NCBI RefSeq assembly: GCF_036321535.1
Contig: NC_087437.1
Location: 89,034,001 to 89,098,000 of the forward strand
From: Camelus dromedarius
Taxonomy: Eukaryota
Length of the DNA: 64,000 nt
Direction: 5' to 3'
A program made the position numbers and the translations under genes. Every line of letters begins with the position of its first letter. Position 1 is the stretch's first letter. Below are positions 25,441-38,500 of the stretch, piece by piece. The notes under the pieces are model-generated. The model did no database searches. It saw nothing but the letters and a program-made list of their open reading frames with translations, and was not told where the DNA came from.

Positions 25441-27299
25441 GAACCCTCACTTTAGGTTTGAAAGAGAGAAATTCGGCAAAGGAAGCGTTTCTTAAAATCA
25501 AATTGAAAGTAAAATAGTAATAATTTATTAGTCCTTTTTTGTAAGTTATTACCCAACTGGTAAATCTGGAGTTCAGGATTTCTTGCTGGAACATGGGATA
25601 TGTACATTGAAAGGTAACTAAGGACACTGGTCTGCATTCTACTTGCCCAAGGGCTGGTTCTGGCCGTGTGTGGCATGAGGCTTAGAGAAAGAAAAGTCAC
25701 AAAGCTTTTGTGACTACAGAAGCTTTGAAAGTGCAAAGACTGACTTGAAAAGACTATTATTAAATATATAAGATGTAAAAGATTATGCAAATAAAGTTCT
25801 GCCGAATTTTATTTGAGGGGCAGTAAGCAGTACAGTCATACTTGTGAACATAGCTTATGTTGAGAGCAGAGGGAAATTGCTTGTAAAGGCTTGAAAACAG
25901 ATGCTGGAGTGTACCGTTTTTAGCAATTCTTTCTTTCCAGCCTTATTTATTATTTTAGGCAAAGTCTCAGCTACTCAATAAATGATGCACGTGATGGAAG
26001 CTAGCTTTGTGAAAGTTTTCTTTTTTAAATGTAAAGCAGAAATGTTAATTCACTTTATCGCTTTCCTTTCCTACATCATGCCAGATATTATCTGTCTTCA
26101 CTCTAGACTCCGAGAGATCTTATCTGTCTACAGGATACAGGTGGGGAGGATGAGGAAGAAGAAAATAAGGGGAAATAACCCCCTTTCTTTATAAATTTCA
26201 TGCTCCCAAGACGAAAATCTCCTCTCTGTAGAAAATCTGCTTTCATGAAGGGGATTAGAGTGAAACTTTTATCTTCCAGGCCTCCATGGGCTACATCCTC
26301 TTCTTTCAGGGTCTTAATATTATTGACATCTGTTGTGTTCTGGTCACTGGTTATATTTGTCCCAATCGCCACCAAAGGTCAGTCGTTTTTCAAGTGATTT
26401 TTTTCATTTTATTCTCAACTCTCCCCACCTACCAATTAAAAAAAAAATCACTTACCAAGATTATTTTTAAACTCAGTCTCCCTTTTCTATTATCCCTGGA
26501 CTTCTAGCTGAAAGGCCACAGTACACAAAGGCCTTCATGCTTGTCTTCACATCTTTCTCTAACTTCTTCCTGAAACCACCCCATGCCTGTGTGTGAACAG
26601 GATTGTCTAAAATCATTTCAACAGATGGATCCCAAAAAGCTTATAAGGTTAGATTTGTTGTTTGCTTATTTTATTTGCCACAGAGAAGAAACGGAGAAAA
26701 TCTTTCTGATTTTGACACCCACGATAGCCATTTTATTTCTAAAACTGGGAGTCTATTTAATTCTATGGTGTGGCTCTAGAACCTTGCTAATATTGCAGAA
26801 GTTCTCTGATATACACCATGCTTTATTTATTTCAAATCTGAGATCAGATAACTTAGTAGCTTAAACTACAGTGCTCTGAATAGGCATATTGAAGAGATCC
26901 AAACCGCAGTAGCTCCTTTGTCCACAAACAAGCAAGAATTCAGACGTCAAACATGAGTTCATTTGCAACTTTTGAGCTCATTCTATTTGTTTAAGGCAAT
27001 AGTGGTTCCAGTGAAGAAAAACATACTTATTAAGTTTGCAGATGAGATCATATTGTGGACAGGTAGAATGTAATTAATGGATGTCTCATAATAGCAACCA
27101 AAAGGGTTATGATCAAAACTAAATTCAGTCAAATGAAGATATGTTTCAAAAACATAAATGATGTTTTATAGGATAAGTTCAAATCAATGCCCTCAAAAAG
27201 GAGGAAACTGAATATAGGAACCAGTAAAAACCACAAGCCATGCTGCAGAGCAGACTCAGTGTATGTGGTTTTCCTTTCTTTCATTTATTCAGTTATTCA

Positions 27300-27490
27300 G
27301 TTATGTAGCAAGAAGGAAGCTTGCCTCTTAGAGTCAGACATTTCCAGGTGCAACCCTGCCATCTTCTAGCATTGTAGCCTTTGACCATTTACTTGATACT
27401 TCTTGGCTTTAGTTAATTCATCTGTAAAATGGTGCTAATTGTTGTATCTCATACAGTTATGATAAAGATTAACCATTGCATAAAATGTTC
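27300..27490 (+). mobile_element. MIR SINE
   Basis: agagtcagac...ttcatctgtaaaatgg MIR core. Confidence 0.75.
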
Positions 27491-27499
27491 AGAAACCTC

Positions 27500-28580
27500 C
27501 AATTTCCTGATATTGGCTTTGTCTTATCATCACTCTGCTGATGTTACTGCGAGGTCACCAACAACATTCCTAGCTAAAACCACTGGATATTTTTAAAGTC
27601 CATATTTTTCTGGACCTGATGATTATTCCATCCAACTGTTAGCTACCTTTACATTAAAATCGACTGGTCTTTCCCTTCATCTCTTTCTTTTTGGTCCCCT
27701 TCATAGGCTCTATCTCCTTCATTAAAACTGTCCATATTTACTGTGTATTGATCATGAGCTGGGCTTTCTGAGAAACACACTGGGAAAGATTCTAGTCTCC
27801 GCCCTCAAGAGGCTGCTTCTCTAGTGAAATATATGGAGAAATGAACAAAGATGAGAAAAAGCACCTGCAAAACTGGTGGAGGAGGTAGGGTGGGGAGGGG
27901 GGAGACAGAATAGGGAGAGGAATAGGTCCATGAGAAGAGACATAATACACTGAGATAAAAATATAATAACTAAGGTGAGGGGTGGGGCAAAGAGTTGTGT
28001 GCATGTACAAAAAGAATGAGCAAGAGTCTCTCAACTCTCAGTAAGAGAAACTATTGTGAGTTTGAGAGCCTGAAAGAGATTTAGTAGGACTAATTTTTTA
28101 ATATTGTGTTGTTACTAAGTGAGGGTGGGGGTAGCAAAAAATGAGGAGACAAGGACAAGGTCGCATAAGTCAGTAGGGACCCAGTCATTCAGGATGGTGT
28201 TTCACCATTTTTAGGCATTTATAGTTTATGCTAAAAGCAATATGGAAAAGTTGAAGGGTTTTAAGCACCATCACTGTCTCTGACTTGGATTTTTGCAGTC
28301 CTTTTCTAACTCACTCCCCTGCTTCCTGTCAGGCCAGGGTGAGACATTCAAAAATTCAGTCTTGACCAAGTTGCTTTGCCTGTTATATAGTTTATGGCAG
28401 ATCTACAGGGTCTAAACCCTCTGCGTCCTTCTGTGAAAACACTACATAATAATTCTCTAGGCATGTGTCTTTCCCACTCAGTATCATGAACACCTTAAGG
28501 GAGATAATTATCCAGGGTGTCCCTAGTGTCTAGTTCAATGTCCACCACATGGTAGTTGCTCACATTGAATAGTGAATTCA
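27500..28580. mobile_element. L2 fragments in both orientations
   Basis: gaggtcaccaacaacattcc..aaaaccactgga (plus); tgaggagac..ttgaagggttttaagc (minus); gtgtccctagtgtctag...tggtagttgctc (plus). Confidence 0.55.
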
Positions 28581-28663
28581 CCATCAGATGATTAAAATTT
28601 GAATTAGAGAAATGGGTTAAATATTTTTAAGATATTTTCAAAGCCATGATTGCACAACTTAAA

Positions 28664-28849
28664 TTGTTCAGAACCAAACTGTAATTCCTGGACCAGCAGC
28701 ATCAGCATCACTTAAGAACTTGCTAGAAAAGCCAATATGGGGCCCTCTTCTGACCTACTGGGTCAGGAACTCTAGGAGATGCCCACTAACTGGTGTTTCA
28801 ATAAGACCTCTGAGTGATTCTGATGCCCTGGAAGGTTCAAGAACCATTG
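28664..28849. mobile_element. MER5A fossil
   Basis: ggaccagcagcatcagcatcacttaagaacttgctagaaa...gtgattctgatgc...caagaaccattg. Confidence 0.88.
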
Positions 28850-30469
28850 TCTATAGCACTGATACCTCTGTGGGGAGTAGGTTTGTTTTGTGATGTAAAT
28901 GGCTCACAGCTGTAACACTGCTGCATAGTCTTGATAGAACACTAATTTGTTTCTTATTCAGCTTCAAGGTGTGGAGTGTGGTGCTTCTATTGGTACTAAT
29001 TAGGGTGTTTACTGTGGGTTTAATAAGAAAGTATTTTAAATATATTCTAAAATTGCAGATTGAGTTGATTTATTTGTTCTCTTCCATTATTATTCTTCAC
29101 GAAACTTCAGGCTGAGTTTAATAGCTGATAACGATTCAGAACCTGTCACCTTAGCTCTGTTATTCATTGACCTGCCTGTGCAAATGAATGAAGGAATTTG
29201 TTGCAGAGCAGTTTGAGAACTATTAATTAGCAACAGAATTCAGATAAAGAATCTGAAATGACAATTTGGGACCCCGAAAGGAGAAGAAAACACAGTCTGT
29301 CTTATTGACTCATGCATTCCTTTGACATCTGGATCAGTGAGTCAGAAGTAAGCCAGAACAGTAATTTTTTATTTCTGTAACAAGTTAGCAGTATTTCTGG
29401 GTTTCAGTTGCTGCCTTTGTTTTGTCTTTGTTTTTGTTTTCATTTAACTCATGGGTATGTTATGACTTTTTGTCCTTTTGATTGCTTTATGAGCATTGCT
29501 TGGAAAGGTCAATACTTAAAGATCAAATTGAAAGAGTAGTGCTATCTTGAATGCAATGGCCGGTATCTGATTACAAGTTCCTACTCCACAATGATCACTG
29601 CAGTTGGATAATTTCTCCTCTGGAAAGTCTTTTCAAAATATAGTCAACAAAACACTTAAAATTTCTGTTCACAATGGTGAATATAAATCAAACCAAAGCA
29701 GACAACAACAGCAACAAAAACAGCATACTTTAGTCTGCCTATTAATATATATCTGTTAAAAATACACTAGACTATGACGCTTTAAATTAGATTTTATTAC
29801 TTGTCATAAATAAGGAATTATAAGATACAGTCATTCACAATTCATCTGAGTGGGCTCAAATCACCTTAGACTGGAAGATATCGCAAGTCAACCATCTGGT
29901 TCTCCTCTTTTTTAAAAACATGAGTCAGTTGAAATCCAGAGATGTTAAGTGACTCGTCAGAGGATAGTTAATTCATGTGTGACATATTCATAAATAGAAA
30001 AAAAGTGTACTGGCTCTAGGTTTAGTACTCTTAAAGGGTATATTTATCAACTTGAATATATAAAATGTTTATATATTTTTATGCAAAAATATAAGTATAG
30101 CACTCTTAGTGCTCTTAGAGTACTTACCAACTTGAACATATAAAAAGTATATATATATATATATAAACATTTGGTAACATTTGAGGTGCTGTAGATAACA
30201 GAGAAGTTGGAAAGTCATTTTTAACATGTTGCCTTGGTTTGATGATTTTTATAGACATTTCTAAAATTTTTATTGTAGTTGTGACTTTCTATTTGTTTAA
30301 ATCTACATTTGAGGTACCAGTTAAGGAAAGCAAAAAGGAAGATATAATCCAGAATATCATATTTCACTTTTGCAGCAAAGGGAGCCAGCTCATTAAATAT
30401 GGTAGCCAACTTTCAGCAAAGTAAAGAATGACCCATTTAAATTCTCCTCCCTCTATTATAAAGGTAATG

Positions 30470-30930
30470 TCATTCATCCAATCATTCAATAAATATTTAT
30501 AAAAGCCTTAAAAGTTTCAGGTACTGTTCATGGTGATGAGGATAACTCAGGGAACAAAACTGAGAAAATCTCCTGCCCTCCTGAAGCTTGCATTCTAGTG
30601 AAGGAAGTCAGATATAAAAAGAAATTAGGAGAATTTATAATATATAACATGTTGATAACTGAAGAAATTAAGGCAGAAGAAAACGAATAAGAAGCACAAA
30701 AATAATATGGGATATATTTGAAATAAAATGGTCAAGGTGATAGGTGAAAAATACCTAAGAGAGGTGTGAGTGAGCCAAGCGTATTTCCGGGGTAATCCAA
30801 GAAAGCAAAGCAAGTACAAAGGCCCTTAGGCAGGAGTGGGCCTGGTGTGCTCAAGGGGCAGAAAGGAGGCCAGTATGATGACAGCAGAGGCAGCAAGAAG
30901 GAACCAAGTAGAAGATGAGGTCAAGGAGAT
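30470..30930 (-). mobile_element. L2 (L2a-like) 3' end
   Basis: cattcatccaatcattcaataaatattt...ctgccctcctgaagcttgcattctagtg...caaaggcccttaggcagga...gatgaggtca. Confidence 0.88.
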
Positions 30931-31609
30931 TTCAATCAATTACTGCTTTTCACATATTTTTCTTCAAGACTCTTTTCTTCCCTTGAAATAGTTGTTGGCC
31001 ATAACCATTGCAGCAGCCAACTATCTTAGTGGCCATATTCCCCATTGATGAGGTACACCTAGAAACTGAGAAGGACAAAGCAAACTCCTTATGCTTTATA
31101 GATGTTCAGAATTGGCCTAGAAAATCCCCTAGAATTCCTTACTATCTGGACTACCTTATTTTATTCCAGTCTAACTTTATTCCAGTATAGAATCTCTGGA
31201 TCAGTTTTCAGAATTCCATGGTTGCCAGACATAAAGCAAACAACTAAGAAATAGACAGTAGATTAAGTGCGTATAGTCTCCCAGGATAAGGTGGTTACTG
31301 ATTAGATAAAAAAGAAAAGATATGTCAAAAATTCTGTCTCATTTTACATGTGCATCTGGAATGGAGTCCCAGAAGATTCAAATTGGATAAAATGCAGAGA
31401 ATTGAAATCTTATTTGAGATGTAATAATACTGTTGGAACTCGACTTTCATATGATTTCAAGCCTTTCTTGCATAGACATAAATATTGTTGAGAATTTGAG
31501 TATAATAAAACTAGTCAGTATGAAACAATCTTGAGAAAGAGTTGACCAGTCAAATTTTAGATCTTCCTTCTCATCTCATACATGTTATATAACTACTTTC
31601 ACAAAAGCA

Positions 31610-33185
31610 TTTTTTTAATTAAGACTTTTTTTTATAAATCAGGTTAAGATTTATAGAAAATTTAAGGGGAAGGTACAGAGATTTCTCATCTACCCCCCGC
31701 CCACATACATGCATTGTCAATACCCCCCATCAGAACGGTCTACTAATTATAACTGATGACCTACATTGACACGTCATAACCACCTGAAGTTCATAGTTTA
31801 CATTATGGTTCACTCCTGGTGGTATAATTTCTGTGGGTAAAGACAAATGTATAATGACAGGTATATATTTATTTTTGGTATCAAACGTAGTATTTTCACT
31901 GACCTAAGAAACCTCTGTGCTCTGCCTCTTCATCCTTCCTCATCCCCAACCTCTTATCTTTTTATTGTTTCCATTGTTTGTCTTTTCTAGTATGTTGTAT
32001 ATTTCGTACAATCTGTAGCCATTTCAGATTGGCTTCTTTCATTTAATAATAGGCATCTAAATTTTCTCCCTGTCTTTTAATGGCTTGATAGCATATTTGA
32101 TTTTTAGCATTGAATAATTTTCCATCGTCTGGATATACCACAGTTTATTTATCCATTCACCCACTGATGGACATCTTGGTTGCTTCCAATTTTAGCAATT
32201 ATGAACAAAGCTGCTATAAACATTAACGTGCAGATTTTTGTGTGAACATAAATTTTCAATAACTTTGCATAAACACCAAGAAGCAAAATCGCTGCATCAT
32301 ATGGTAAGAGTAGGTTTTGCTTTTTAAGAAATCACAAAACTGTCTACCAAACTGGCTGTATCATTTTTCATTCCAACCAGCAGTGAATGAGACTTCCTTT
32401 TGCTCCACATTCTTGCCAACATTTGGTATCGTCAGGGCTCTGGATTTTGGCCATTCTAATAGATGTGCAGTGTTATCACTTTGTTGTTTGTATTTGCATT
32501 TGCCTAATGACATAGGATATGAAGCATCTTTTCATATGTTTATTTGTCATCTATATATCTTTTTCGGTGAGGTGTCTACTAAAGTCTTTGGTCCATTTTG
32601 AATCAGATTGTTTGTTTCCTCATTGTTGAGTTATGAGAATTCTTTGTGTATTTTGGATAACAGTGCTTTATCAGATGTTTTTTTGGCAAGTGTTTTCTCT
32701 CCCAGTCTGTGGCTTGCCTTCTCCTTTTGTTAGCTTGCCTTCTCCTTTTGTTAACAGTGTCTTTCAGAGAGCAGAGGCTGTGAATTTTAATGAAGTCCAG
32801 CTTATCAATTATTTCTTTTATGGATCATGCCTTTGATGTTGTGTCTCAAAAGTCATCGTCATACCCAAGGTCATCTAGATTTTCTCCCATGTTATCTTCT
32901 AGGAGTTTTGTAGTTTTACATTTTATATTTTACATTTTTAGGTCTGTAATCTATTTTGAGTTAAATTTTGTGAAGGGTGTCTAGATTCATTTTTTTGCAT
33001 GTGGATGTCCAGTTGTTCCAGCACCATTTGTTGAAGAGATTGTCTTTGCTCCATTGTATGTAATGCCTTTACTCCTTTGTCAAAGGTCAGTTGACTATAT
33101 TTATATGGGTCTCTTTCTGCTTTCTACTCTTTTCATTGATCTGTTTGCCTATTCTTTTGCCAGTATCACACTGTTTTGATTATAC
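31610..33185 (-). mobile_element. L1MC-like element, 3'UTR + ORF2 C-terminal part
   Basis: ggatataccacagtttatttatccattcacccactgatggacatcttggttgcttcca...gtccagttgttccagcaccatttgttgaagag. Confidence 0.93.
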
Positions 33186-33554
33186 TAAGACATTTCAAAA
33201 GATAGATTTCCCTGGCTCTCTATTTTTCTTCTGGGACAATAAAGCCACCCTCATGTTTGAAATGAAAAAAAGAAGATAGATTTCAATATATTTAATGTTC
33301 CCCCTATGTCTCATTACTATTTTTGAATACTAGGATATGAGGTTAAAAAAGACCATCTTTTTATTTTACCTCCCTTCCTCCCAAATACTTTCTTAGATAG
33401 TGAAAGTCAGTTGACAACTGCCACATGGAGGTCACAGAAAATAAGGTAAATTTTCTGAAATCCACCTAGGTTCTCTCCCAAGTTTATCCTAACTTAAATC
33501 TAGATACTTATTTTTTATGACAAAGGCTCATAGCCTTAGTTCTAGAAGTGATTA

Positions 33555-33825
33555 GGGGCTCTTGGATTACAAATTCCCACTCTTAGAATGAACTTTTGCC
33601 TTATAACCTTTGGAAAGTTACTTAGTCTCTTTGACCCTTAGTCTCATAATTATTAAGTTGACAATATAGTATCACATTCATGAAGCTAATATGAATATTA
33701 AATGAGGTAATATATAATGATACTATATACTTCAATTATGTGTGCTAAAGATTAAATGAAAAATTTATATAACTGTTTACTATAGTGCTTTGCATGTGGT
33801 CAGAACTCAGTAAATGCTAGCTATG
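33555..33825 (+). mobile_element. MIR SINE (with partly repeated 3' part)
   Basis: taacctttggaaagttacttagtctctttgaccc...attaaatgag...tagtgctttgcatgtggtcagaactcagtaaatgctagcta. Confidence 0.75.
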
Positions 33826-34801
33826 AGATTAATAATATCTTATTAAATATTGAGCTTGTCTTAACATGGTAGACCTCTTCATTTTGATTATTGGATATAC
33901 CAAGATGTTTCTTAGAAGTATGACTCTCATTTCATGTTCTTCTCCACTTAATCTGAGTAGATTGTACTCACTCACTCCTGGCACCTGGACTACACCTTAG
34001 GTTTGCAGAGAAGAAAATCAGGACAAGAGAGAAACCATGTCTCCAATTCAAGCATATTAGAAATCACAGGCCAATAATCATATTTCAGAAATGTCAAGAT
34101 TTGTACTTTTTCCTATAAATTATTAGTTATTAATAACAACAAAATAACATGTGATATGAATTCAAGAGTTTTCAAGTTACTTTCACATACAAATTTATTG
34201 GATCATCATAAGAACTTTGTGATTCCCAGTATTCAGGTGCTTTGTTGAGTGGGTGGCTCAGAGTTGAATGACTGACATGAGAACCCCCACCTTCTGATTC
34301 TGTACCAGAATTTCTTCTCTTAATCTAATATTTTCTAAAATTCTCTTAATGAGATTGTGCCACAGAGAGCAGAGCTAATTCCATTCTACTATCTAAGGAG
34401 ATTCTTGGCATCATATTAAGACACGTACCTGGTGACTATGATGCTAAGGTTAGATCTTATGTTTTCCATATGGATTTGTACCAAATGATGACATGTCTTT
34501 AAGTGTTTATTGTTAATAATGTTGGCCTTAGGCCACAAAATGGATAAATTTGTGAATAAAATATATTTCATTTCTAAAAAACAAAAGACAGATGCACAGT
34601 GGACTTTATTTTATAAGTGGAAAAGAAATCTGAAGAAGGACAGTCTTAAAATTACAAATGTAATCTTCTCCAAAGGATGCCTGTACCTACACACTGATAT
34701 TCTCAGATTACTTTTGAATTAATGGAAGGGTAGTAAGAATGCACAAATATACTAGATTAAACTGCTGCAGTCATTTAAATCCTTAAAAAAGCTACTAAAA
34801 T

Positions 34802-35292
34802 TGTCATGGGGTCTGGTGGGTCAGTGTGTGGACAGTAAAAGAACTTACAAAAGATTTACCAAAGACAAAGGATAAAAATAGAAAAGGAGTTTAATAGGTA
34901 CACTGCCATAGACAGCAGCGGGCCACACAGAGGAGAGGTGTCTGTGTGAGCCCCGAGCGTCGGCTGCTGAGGTCTTTTATTAGGGAAGGTCACATCAGGT
35001 CCCCAGGGGTCACACAGGATGTGATCGGCCTGTGCACAAGTCTCTGATTGGTTGATGCTGAGGTAATAGGGAAGGGGTCGTGAAAGCGTAGGGCTGCAAA
35101 CTCTGATGGGGGTTGTAACCGGTTCGGGTGGTCAGGCTTCAGGGCATTGTGTCATTATCTCAGCTAAGGCAGGTATGTATTAGGAAAGGAATGTTCTTTG
35201 TTAGCTTTAATGGTTAGCAGCCGGTCACCTGATTGGCCTTGGAGCAGAGGGGCCTTGGAGCAGGAATCTGCCAGAAATCTGTGGATCCCCGA
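34802..35292 (-). mobile_element. ERV1-type solo LTR, apparently full length
   Basis: Starts TGTCATGGGGTC, ends GATCCCCGA, flanked by 4-bp aaat/aaat; CCAAT, TATA-like and ATTAAA motifs occur in LTR order on the minus strand; paralogue at 12925-13397. Confidence 0.9.
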
Positions 35293-35532
35293 AAATGATT
35301 ATATTTCCAATATTTCTTTGGAAAAATATATACATAGATATGTTATTTACTTTTATCGTATTGAGACAGAGTGAGTACATTATGCGTATCTTTGGATTTT
35401 CCTAAAATATTTTCCCAAATTCTATTAATTTTACTGTAGTTATGAGCACAGAAAGTTAGAGCTTTTTGCTTTATAGAAATCTTCAAAAATATTTAGAGTA
35501 AAAGATTGTCTTAAGGCAATGTGGTGCATATA

Positions 35533-35553
35533 TGTGTGTGTGTGTGTGTGTGT
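35533..35553. repeat. (TG)n microsatellite
   Basis: seen directly. Confidence 0.95.
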
Positions 35554-38500
35554 TTGTCAAAAAGATGAAGGGGGAAAATAAATACTTTAACATAACTGCA
35601 AAGTCGTGTGTAAAGATATTAAACATCATTAATCCAAGGAGAGAAGGACCAGGTCACACTTGCACTAATTGCTTAGAGTTTAGGACATGAGCATTGCTGG
35701 AAGCAGAGTAAGGTAAAAAGAGAATTTTAGGAAGCCTAGGGAAGGGAGGAAAGAAAAAAAAAAAAAGCAAATACTGTTTTTAAAAAGAAAAGGGGAGAAG
35801 GAGAAGAGGGATGAGTTGGAAGCCCTGAGTTCTGCCTGGCCCTTCCCTGTCCGCGACGTGATTAGTGTAAGCAGTCGGCAGCTCCTGTAATTTATCGCCT
35901 TGCCTGTTTCAATAGGGAAGCTTGTTTTTTCCCCTCCACAGACTCTTCTGCTAAAATTACAGTTGTTTCAAAACAGAAAGATCAGGTTCGGGTATGCATA
36001 TGTGAATTATGAAGGATAATTTATTTGGAAGAACTAGCCATGAAAATGCAAACAAGAAACTTACAACTCAGTACAGTTAAGATTGAATCTTATGGGACCC
36101 TTATGCAGGTCATTGAGTGATTCAATCACAAGTTAGCCTACTGAAATTCTTAATTACAATTACTTTGAATGAAACATGGTCATTGGAGCTTGCATGCATT
36201 CCATCAATTAGAAAGGAGTTGAAGGACTATAAACACTATGTAGGTTATGTAAATTTTTCAGTGTTTTCTGTGCTTATATTTTTATGCAAGTATCTGCAAA
36301 TTGATCTAAAATAAGGCAAAGCCATTCAATAAACCAATTCTTTAAGCAGCAAAGCTTTAGAGATACTCATCAACAAGGATTCCATCAAATAACCCTTGAA
36401 AGAATAAACTGTGTAATGAGAATTAAAAGTTCCAACAATACCCATTAGGGTATTCTGCTGCACCATTGATTCTACTGGTATCAATTGCTTTCAGTTAGCT
36501 GAGCTCTTGAGTGTTTATTGGAAAGGACTAATAAACCACAATCAATTTTCTTTTTAACCTCACAAGGGTAGCTGGAACAAATTAAATGTTTTCCCTCCCT
36601 CCACTACCTCCCTCCCTTTGCTCCTCTGCTTTATGTTTTGAACTCACACAAATAGGAATATCATGAACATTTACTTTTATAGTACTTTTCTCCCCAAAAT
36701 AAAAACAAGATGATGCATATGCATATATTTTGTCTGTGACGGATGCATTGACTTCTCCCCCTATATCGTAGATCATTATTGCACCTATGAAGCTCTGAGG
36801 ATGTGCCTCTCTCTTTGTTTCAGTTTCAGGAAAACAACAGCCTCAGGCTGTCAAGGGCACTTGGTACTTCCCATAATGAATTCAGCTTGCCTCAGTTTTA
36901 CTGAGGTGCCACTCTGCACAATTTAAAAAATAGGTATAGATAGACAAATGGTTTATATGCCCAAGATCAATTCTCCTAGGTGTCTGGTGATGCAGAGCAC
37001 CATTGTTTTAAATGGATAACTTAATCCTTTAATCTTTTGTTCAAGGCTATTCTGTCACCAAGTCAAGGACAGAATTATTGTCTCTGTATTTAAAGATAAC
37101 ATTAAATGCATTTACAAAATACGGTAAAATATTAGACTAAAAATTACGAGAGGTATAGTGATGTAAGAAATTTTTTGCATTTTGGTTTTCAATCCTAATT
37201 TGTTTTAAAATAATAATACAGCTTTTAAGTATTAAACAAGATGCTAAACGCATACTTTTAGAAAATACTGAAGAGATGTATAAGAGAATTAGTTGAGCAT
37301 TTTTGTCATGATTTACTTTGCTTGAAGAATGTAGCTGGTATTAGGACCTCAGTTATCATTTGTTGGGTTTCAAGTGATGCTATTTTGTTGAATTTGAGAT
37401 TGAGGTGTTCAGATTTACCTGGGAATCTTCCTATGAAAGGCAATTTAAAAGCATTAACACACTATTTCTAAATTGTATGTTTAATTATAAAATAAAACTT
37501 TCTATTATTAATTTAAAAATAGAAAATATTGACTTATAGCCATCAAACAAGGTTTTAGGCTTCAGTCAAAATCCCAGCTGCCCAGGACATAATCCTTCTC
37601 GAAAGGGAGACATCAGATTTACACAACATTGTTGGGATTTCGGTGGATTGATTTTCACTTAGAGCTCCCTGAGCTTAGAGATCTCACCCTTCCCCACATA
37701 TGCACCTGGTAAATTTATTAGCATCCTGATGTAAATTGGAGTTGCTCACTAAACTGTCAGGTATTTGTGAACAGCAACAAAATGTGTCCACAAGGCTGAG
37801 AGTGTGTCTGGCAAATAGTAAATTCCTATGAGTTGCTATTGACTTGGACTCTTCCAAAAGCAGTGATTATCAATGATTTTTAAGAATTTTGCAGAAGTGT
37901 GTGGTTTGAAGGGGTACGTGTAAAATAATATGTAACAAAATAGGACAAAATATAATCAAGCATAATGTAGCGCATTTCTCAACCTAGGAAAATCTCCTCA
38001 ACAGGACACATTCAATAGTGTGCTAGCAAAGGGTTAACAACCAACTCTCCTGCTTACCTCTCCCCTCAGTCTGCCTGCTTTTCTGCTCAGGGTCCTGACC
38101 TGCTGACTGTTTATATAATAATTGATTATTTACATATATTTGTTGAGAAAAATAACATTAAATGTAAATATCAAAATGCATATATATTTAACATGCCATC
38201 TATGCCTGATTATGTCATGTGTAGGCTGAGCTCTTTTAAATTACTTTAGAGAATTAATATGAATTTGTATGATATCCTCTAAAGTATAATCAAATGAAAT
38301 TATTATAATTTACCAAGTATGTTAGCAAGTAACTCCAAAGAAAACTTTCAAGGACTTTAAACACACAGGACAAGGTTTACCACTGAGAATTTACTCATTG
38401 AAATTGAGAAACTTCACCCACTTTCCATAAATAAATATCACTGTGGTGACAGACAGAAAAGTAAATTTCTATCCATGCTGAATAATAAGTCTTTAGGAAA

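Noticed and set aside
12925..35292. A single provirus bounded by the two related LTRs
   Set aside because: The spacing is 22 kb, there is no gag/pol/env or PBS, older repeats lie in between, and the right LTR has its own TSD.
38052..38110. Strong minus-strand donor GAG|gtaagc
   Set aside because: The only nearby acceptor lacks a pyrimidine tract.
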